This document shows, one piece after another, positions 57,456 through 64,000 of a stretch of 64,000 bases of DNA; the stretch's first letter is position 1; every line of letters starts with the position of its first letter. The DNA is from Bacteroides fragilis (lineage in GTDB: Bacteria > Pseudomonadota > Alphaproteobacteria > Rs-D84). Where the stretch lies: positions 859 through 64,858 of the forward strand of contig CAVGNU010000004.1 in NCBI GenBank assembly GCA_963630775.1, in the 5' to 3' direction. The notes beneath the pieces were generated by a model. The model made no database searches. It had not been told where the DNA came from and saw only the letters and a list, made by a program, of their open reading frames with translations. The position numbers and the translations under genes are program-made.

Positions 57456-58175
57456 ATGAAAAAAATAATTGCGTTATGTATGGCGACCTTTGCGCTGGCA
57501 TCATGTGGGGGCACGACAGAAATTGACCCACAACAGACCTTGCCGGAAATATACGCCACCGCGTACGAGAAATTTAATGACAGTGATTACGAGGGGGCAG
57601 CCACCGAATTTGCACGCGCCGAAACCCAATACCCGTCCAGTCCATGGGCCGCGGACGCCCTGATTATGGCGGCATATTCCCAGTATTTGGATGATGATTT
57701 TGCTGGGGCAATTCTGTCGGTTGATCGCTTTATGCGATTTCACCCCGGCCATGCGGATGTGCCGTATATGTTATACCTGCGCGGTATGTGCTATTATCGT
57801 CAGGTCAGCGATGTTCGCCGTGAACCCGGTATGTCGGCATATGCTTTGCAGCAGTTTCAACAGTTGACCCAGCGTTTCCCAAATTCGTCATATGCGAAAA
57901 ATGCCGAAAACAAGATACTGATTTTGAAAAACTATCTGGCGGGCAAGGTTATGTATTCCGCACGCGCCGAAATGAAACAGCAGAATTGGCCGGCGGCGAT
58001 TTCGCACCTGCAATCGGTGGTGTCGGGCGCCCAAGAAACCGTCATGACGCCAGAGGCCCTGTATCGCCTGACCGAATGTTATACGGCAATCGGATTGCCA
58101 CAACAGGCGTCGGGCTATGCTGATATGTTGCGGAAAAATTTCCCAGATAATGATTGGACAAAGAAACTGAAATAA
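57456..58175 (+). CDS. bamD: Outer membrane protein assembly factor BamD
   Basis: Lipobox LASC, TPR-like repeats, ~240 aa. Confidence 0.85.
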   Translation: MKKIIALCMATFALASCGGTTEIDPQQTLPEIYATAYEKFNDSDYEGAATEFARAETQYPSSPWAADALIMAAYSQYLDDDFAGAILSVDRFMRFHPGHADVPYMLYLRGMCYYRQVSDVRREPGMSAYALQQFQQLTQRFPNSSYAKNAENKILILKNYLAGKVMYSARAEMKQQNWPAAISHLQSVVSGAQETVMTPEALYRLTECYTAIGLPQQASGYADMLRKNFPDNDWTKKLK

Positions 58176-58200
58176 AAAAACGCCCGTTTGGGCGTTTTTT
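58174..58200. terminator. Bidirectional terminator
   Basis: aaaaaaacgccc-gttt-gggcgtttttt hairpin between bamD and dcd. Confidence 0.7.
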
Positions 58201-58966
58201 AACGTTTGTGCGCGTAATATTCCGCATACATGTCGTCCATTGGCGTCACCGGTGGGCGGACATCTTCAATTGGAATCACCGCCGCGGGCGTTGGGCCCAT
58301 TTGACGATTGTAATGACTGGTGGCGTTCGCATCATATGGTTTACGTTCACCAGTAAATTCTTCGTAATAAATCTGGCCAATGCGCATATTTGGGTACACA
58401 ACCGTTGGGTATAAAACGCGGATTTCCAGTGTCCATTGCCCACAGAACCCATCGTCGCCACGACCCGCCGTGTGATGATTCAAAATAAAGTTGCGCCCAA
58501 CCGACGATTTGCCATCAATATACGGGAACAGGTTGCGTGTTTCTGTATATTCCACCGTTGCCCCCAGATAGCCGATTTCAGGTGACAAAATAACGCCCGA
58601 TTCCGGAATAACGATTTGTGTTGTATCATGCGAACGTCGGTTGCATGGGTCAAGCAAGTATTTCGGATTGCGAATATCAAATTCTTCGGGTGTATGTTTA
58701 TAAATCACACTGTATGACAGGTCATTATAGAACCAATCGCGCATTGAATAGTCGCGACGCTTTGAGTCATATATAATCACGGGCTTCATACCATGTGGAA
58801 TTGTGTGGGTGTACACCTTTAACACATTGTCCAGATGCAGGTCATAACTGTTGCTGCCCAGACATTTTTCATTAAACGGCGTGATAATGATATCTGATTT
58901 GCCCCCGGGATTGTCCATATTTGGTGTGCGCATGCGACGCAGAATTTCAGGGCCGGTAAGTTGCAT
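58199..58966 (-). CDS. dcd: dCTP deaminase family protein (long form)
   Basis: From ATG 58966 the translation is MQLTGPEILRRM.... It contains LGSNSYDLHL and GRGDDGFCGQWTLEI (the dUTPase-fold D.GF.G..TLE motif). At 255 aa it is longer than the ~190 aa typical size. The track's upstream extension is unsupported. Confidence 0.78.
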   Translation of the reverse strand: MQLTGPEILRRMRTPNMDNPGGKSDIIITPFNEKCLGSNSYDLHLDNVLKVYTHTIPHGMKPVIIYDSKRRDYSMRDWFYNDLSYSVIYKHTPEEFDIRNPKYLLDPCNRRSHDTTQIVIPESGVILSPEIGYLGATVEYTETRNLFPYIDGKSSVGRNFILNHHTAGRGDDGFCGQWTLEIRVLYPTVVYPNMRIGQIYYEEFTGERKPYDANATSHYNRQMGPTPAAVIPIEDVRPPVTPMDDMYAEYYAHKR

Positions 58967-59083
58967 TTTTGCATTGCCTTTGGTTTTGTGTTGCATTCTC
59001 TCTGATGTGCAAATTCTACAATGTGCGCGCGGATTTGCAAGATTTTTGTTTATTTTTAGATTTGGTGTGGTATTCTGCCCGAC

Positions 59084-59989
59084 ATGAATACACAAAATAC
59101 ACAAACTTATTCTGGATTCGTGGCTATTGTTGGCCCGACCAATGCTGGCAAAAGTACCTTGTTGAATCAAATTATGGGACGCAAGGTATCCATTGTTTCG
59201 CACAAGGTTCAGACCACGCGAACCAATCTGCGTGCCGTAAAAATGGTGGGCACACGCCAGTTGATTTTTGTCGATACCCCTGGGGTATTCGTGCCAAAGC
59301 GTCGATTGGATCGGGCAATGGTTGGTGCGGCAATGACGGCGATATCAGACGCGGATGCGGTCTTGCTGATTATGGACGCGAACAAGGGAATTACGCAAAC
59401 CATTCGCGATTTGGTTGAAAAAATCCATGACCATAAAAACCTGTTTGTCGCATTGAACAAGGTTGATGCAATTAAAAAGCAGGATTTGTTACCGATTGTT
59501 GCCGAATTGTCCCAGATGGCGGACTGGCGCGAAATATTCATGATTTCGGCCCTGAAAAATGACGGGGTTGATGGTATGTTGGACGCACTGGCCGCGGTAA
59601 TGCCGGCATCGCCATATATGTTTGACGCGTCTGACGCGGTGGATGTGCCCGACAACCTGTACCTGTCGGAATTGACACGGGAAAAGATTTATAAATATAT
59701 TCACCAAGAATTGCCGTATCACATCAATGTATTGACCGAACGGGTTGATGTTGACGCGGACGGGGTCTTGGATATATACCAGAAAATCGCCGTTCAGAAC
59801 GACGCGCATAAAAAGATTGTAATTGGCCGTGGTGGTGAACAATTAAAGCAAATTGGCACCGCTGCCCGCCATGATATTCAGGATCAATGGGGCGTGAATG
59901 CGCGCCTGCACTTGTTCGTGCGCGTTGAACCCGATTGGGAAAACAAGGCCGAAAATTACGCGGATCAGGGGTTGGAGTTCACAAAATAA
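59084..59989 (+). CDS. era: GTPase Era
   Basis: G1 GPTNAGKST, G3 DTPG, G4 NKVD and a C-terminal KH domain (IVIGRGGEQLKQIG). Confidence 0.95.
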   Translation: MNTQNTQTYSGFVAIVGPTNAGKSTLLNQIMGRKVSIVSHKVQTTRTNLRAVKMVGTRQLIFVDTPGVFVPKRRLDRAMVGAAMTAISDADAVLLIMDANKGITQTIRDLVEKIHDHKNLFVALNKVDAIKKQDLLPIVAELSQMADWREIFMISALKNDGVDGMLDALAAVMPASPYMFDASDAVDVPDNLYLSELTREKIYKYIHQELPYHINVLTERVDVDADGVLDIYQKIAVQNDAHKKIVIGRGGEQLKQIGTAARHDIQDQWGVNARLHLFVRVEPDWENKAENYADQGLEFTK

Positions 59990-59990
59990 A

Positions 59991-61481
59991 ATGCTGCACA
60001 CATCGGACTTTGATTTTGAATTACCAACCGAATTGATTGCATCGCACCCATTGGCGCGTCGCGATGCATCCCGTATGCTGGTGGTAAAACATTCCCCTCC
60101 GTTGGAGGGGTGTCGCGAATGCGGCGGGGGGGGCAGAGATTCCGTAAATTACAGAACATTGCCGTTTAACAGCGAATTAAAAGAAAAAGCACGCGCTTTG
60201 CGTCATGCCGGCAGTTTGCCAGAAGCACTGTTGTGGCAAGAAATCAAAAATCATCAACTGAACGGATTGGATTTTGACAGACAGAAAATCATTGGTAATT
60301 ACATTGTTGACTTTTTCTGTGCATCCAAGTTTGTCGTTATAGAAATAGATGACAAGGCAACACATGATTTGAAAGCAGAATCCGATGCCGCACGCGATGA
60401 ATATATGCGTGGTTTGAATCTGACTGTTATACGAATACCAGCGGCGGATGTGTTGAAAGATGCGCATGCGGTTTATCTGTGGCTTTCTAACCACCCCGCC
60501 TTGCAGGCACCCCTCCAACGGAGGGGAACTTGTGTTGATCTGTCGGATCGGCATATTCGGGATTTTTTGGATTATATTCGCCCAGGCGATGTGGTGGTGT
60601 TTAACAATTCGCGTGTGATTCCGGCGCGCTTTGATGCGACCGACACGGCGGGGCACGAATATGAAATCACACTGCACACCGCCGCAGGCGGCAAACTGTG
60701 GTGGGGCCTGTGCAAGAAATTCACGCGCATTGCGGTTGGCGATACATTGAGCATGACCGACGGCACGCAAATCCGCGTGGTGGATTCTGACGCCGACAGT
60801 GGTCTGAAACTGGAATTTTTATGTGATGATGTGTTCGCGGTTCTAAATAAAATCGGCAAAATGCCATTGCCACCGTACATGCATCGTGATCAGGAAGATT
60901 CCGACCGTGAACGGTATCAGACCGTTTATGCGGATCCAATCGGGTCAATGGCGGCCCCAACGGCTGGATTGCACTTTACACCCGAATTGATGGACGAAAT
61001 CGCGCGTCGTGGTGCACAGATTGTCAAGGTTACCCTGCACGTCGGCGCGGGTACATGGATGCCTGTCAAGACCGAGGATTTAACCCAGCACAAAATGCAC
61101 AGTGAATGGTGTCAGATTACGCCCGCACAGGCGGACATTATAAACAATGCAAATCGCGTTATTGCGGTTGGAACGACATCGATGCGTACACTGGAAAGTG
61201 CGGTAATACGCAACCGTGTGTTGCCGGAATCCCAGCGTTGTCGCCGTGTTGTGCCATTTTGCGATACAACCGATATATTTATTACCCCTGGGTACGCGTT
61301 TGGGGCGGTGGACGTGTTGCTGACGAATTTCCATTTGCCAAAATCGACACTGTTTATGTTGGTTTCGGCGTTTGCGGGCCTGAATGAGATGAAGACCGCA
61401 TACGCGCACGCGGTGGCGGAAAAATACAGATTCTTTTCATACGGCGATTGTTGCCTGTTATTCAAAAAGGATGCACAATGA
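59991..61481 (+). CDS. queA: S-adenosylmethionine:tRNA ribosyltransferase-isomerase QueA, interrupted in frame by a DUF559 cassette
   Basis: From ATG 59991 the translation is MLHTSDFDFELPTELIASHPLARRDASRMLVV. QueA homology resumes at ~60535 (LSDRHIRDFLDYIRPGDVVVFNNSRVIPARF ... GTTSMRTLES ... LLTNFHLPKSTLFMLVSAF). At ~496 aa it is much longer than the ~350 aa typical size. The track start at 59898 overlaps era. Confidence 0.9.
   Translation: MLHTSDFDFELPTELIASHPLARRDASRMLVVKHSPPLEGCRECGGGGRDSVNYRTLPFNSELKEKARALRHAGSLPEALLWQEIKNHQLNGLDFDRQKIIGNYIVDFFCASKFVVIEIDDKATHDLKAESDAARDEYMRGLNLTVIRIPAADVLKDAHAVYLWLSNHPALQAPLQRRGTCVDLSDRHIRDFLDYIRPGDVVVFNNSRVIPARFDATDTAGHEYEITLHTAAGGKLWWGLCKKFTRIAVGDTLSMTDGTQIRVVDSDADSGLKLEFLCDDVFAVLNKIGKMPLPPYMHRDQEDSDRERYQTVYADPIGSMAAPTAGLHFTPELMDEIARRGAQIVKVTLHVGAGTWMPVKTEDLTQHKMHSEWCQITPAQADIINNANRVIAVGTTSMRTLESAVIRNRVLPESQRCRRVVPFCDTTDIFITPGYAFGAVDVLLTNFHLPKSTLFMLVSAFAGLNEMKTAYAHAVAEKYRFFSYGDCCLLFKKDAQ
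60092..60533 (+). mobile_element. TIR-bounded DUF559 (Vsr-like/restriction-endonuclease-fold) cassette inserted in frame in queA
   Basis: Perfect 21-bp inverted repeat: ttcccctccgttggaggggtg (60092-60112) and cacccctccaacggaggggaa (60508-60528). The interior encodes SPPLEGCRECGGGG followed by LKEKARALRHAGSLPEALLWQEIKNHQLNGLDFDRQKIIGNYIVDFFCASKFVVIEIDD..H...D..RDEYMRGLNLTVIRIPA, which is the DUF559 pattern. Exact boundaries are uncertain by a few nt. Confidence 0.72.
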
Positions 61482-62752
61482 AATTTGAACCAACCTTGCA
61501 TAAAATGCCCAGTGGTATGACAGTAATCCTTGATCCGATGGATTTGGAAACCACAACGATAAGTGTATTGTTCAAAACGGGTGCGCGTGATGAAACACCT
61601 GCCGAAATGGGCATCACCCATTTTTGTGAACATATGTTGTGCAAGGGCACAACGCGTTTTCCAACCCCGCGTGCTTTTGATGATTTTATGGATTTTAACG
61701 GTGGCACGAAAAACGCGTATACCGGCAATAATGCGTTGGAATTGCGCGGTCGCATTTTAGCAGAAAATGCAAATCTGTTGTTGGACGTGTTTGCCGACCA
61801 GTTGCAAAATTCGCTGTTTGACCCAGAAAAAATTGAACTGGAACGCACCGTTATCAAGGACGAATTGCGTCGTACATCGGACAAGCCCGAACGCCAATTA
61901 AAAGAATTTATATCGGGGAAACTGTTCAATTATGCAACGGGTTCTTTGCGTACATTGGGCACGTACGAAACAATCGATTCTTTTACGCGCGACCAAATGT
62001 TGGCGTTCTTGCAACGTCGTCTGTCCGCCCAGAATTGTATAATCAGCGTGTCTGGCAAGATTATTGATGCCGACGATATGTTGGCGCATATTACGGAAAA
62101 ATTCGCGTTTTTAGGCACACATTTTGTGCCAATGAATACCAGTATCACGTACACCCCAACGGTTGCGCACAACCTGCGTCCAGACGATAAAAACATAAAA
62201 TTGCGTATATTGTTCCCTGATATATGGCCATTGAAATACGAATATCGCTTTAATAATAAATGCGTGGGTAAATTCGAACGCTTCTTGGGCCGCCAGTTAT
62301 TTGACGTCGTGCGTCGTGAAAACGGGTTGGTCTATGGATTACAGATGACGGGCTATGGTAACGAAGAATTTGGCGTCAGTGGTGTTGAAACTGAAACCGC
62401 ACCGGAAAATATTGAACGTGTGGTCGCATTGATTGCGAAAACCGCCCACCGCGTGTATACCGAAAATCCAATCACAGATGACGATTTGATACGTTTTACG
62501 CATAAGAATAAATTGGGTAATGCTGATTGGTTGGAATCTGCGTCCCAGCGCATGGCAACATTGATTGGATTTTATGCCGATTACGACCGCCTGTACGATT
62601 TTTATGAAACAAATCGTATGGTTGACAGTATTCGTCGTGACGATGTCATTAAAAATTCACGCGGTTATTTTGATGGCGCAATGTCCATTATTACCCAAGG
62701 GGCGACGTTTAGTGCCGACTTGGCGGACATCTGGCACGAAAATTTCAAATAA
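61478..62752 (+). CDS. M16-family (pitrilysin/insulinase-like) zinc peptidase
   Basis: Inverted zinc motif HFCEH; the ATG overlaps the queA stop (ATGA at 61478-61481). Confidence 0.85.
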   Translation: MKFEPTLHKMPSGMTVILDPMDLETTTISVLFKTGARDETPAEMGITHFCEHMLCKGTTRFPTPRAFDDFMDFNGGTKNAYTGNNALELRGRILAENANLLLDVFADQLQNSLFDPEKIELERTVIKDELRRTSDKPERQLKEFISGKLFNYATGSLRTLGTYETIDSFTRDQMLAFLQRRLSAQNCIISVSGKIIDADDMLAHITEKFAFLGTHFVPMNTSITYTPTVAHNLRPDDKNIKLRILFPDIWPLKYEYRFNNKCVGKFERFLGRQLFDVVRRENGLVYGLQMTGYGNEEFGVSGVETETAPENIERVVALIAKTAHRVYTENPITDDDLIRFTHKNKLGNADWLESASQRMATLIGFYADYDRLYDFYETNRMVDSIRRDDVIKNSRGYFDGAMSIITQGATFSADLADIWHENFK

Positions 62753-62790
62753 TTGATTTCGATTTGCGTACGACAAAAAATATGCTATGA

Positions 62791-64000
<1,210 letters not shown>

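Noticed and set aside
60092-60533. Possibility that the queA insertion is an intein
   Set aside because: There is no C-terminal His-Asn followed by a nucleophile, and no intein blocks. The insert has DNA-level 21-bp terminal inverted repeats and a DUF559 fold rather than a LAGLIDADG/HNH intein endonuclease.
60177-60770. 197-aa minus-strand ORF across the queA insertion
   Set aside because: The DUF559 motifs read on the plus strand, in frame with queA. The minus-strand translation has no recognisable motif.

Overview
Gene-dense chromosomal segment with alphaproteobacterial gene content and order: frr-uppS-cdsA-rseP-bamA, lepB-rnc, ftsH-tilS, groES-groEL, queA...tgt. I infer, but cannot prove, a host-associated or intracellular lineage (Rickettsiales/Holosporales-like). 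The basis is the many nested palindromic repeats, a VirB7/VirB8-type secretion operon and shortened housekeeping genes. I support about 65 CDS, 5 tRNAs (Ala-GGC, His-GTG, Lys-TTT, Asn-GTT, Arg-ACG), many intrinsic terminators and several repeat families; no rRNA or CRISPR. Most of the window is ordinary housekeeping: envelope biogenesis (bamA, bamD, murJ, rlpA, PBP1A, M23 peptidases), RNA and tRNA processing (rne, rph, rnc, tilS, tcdA, queA, tgt), proteostasis (ftsH, htpX, groESL) and DNA transactions (recG, ligA, comM). Main non-ordinary signals: (1) a complete DUF559 (Vsr-like endonuclease) cassette bounded by a perfect 21-bp inverted repeat sits in frame inside queA, and ORF-less copies of its termini are scattered in intergenic repeat clusters. 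(2) A ~190-bp non-coding element family lies immediately 3' of tRNA genes. It is triplicated behind tRNA-Arg and present about 1.5 times behind tRNA-His, and each copy ends with a copy of the 3' end of its own neighbouring tRNA. (3) A two-gene islet (beta-barrel OMP plus Cys-rich exported protein) is bracketed by mosaic, nested palindromic repeats between groEL and tRNA-Arg. (4) A family of Cys-rich exported proteins has eukaryote-like C-x2-C repeats, and one member is preceded by a structured, terminator-containing leader. (5) A partial type IV secretion operon (lipoprotein, two VirB8-like paralogs, exported protein) abuts bamA. (6) An orphan phage tail-fibre-N-domain protein lies next to an 801-aa Q/N-rich coiled-coil orphan. 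All functional calls come from motif recognition by eye; no database search was run.
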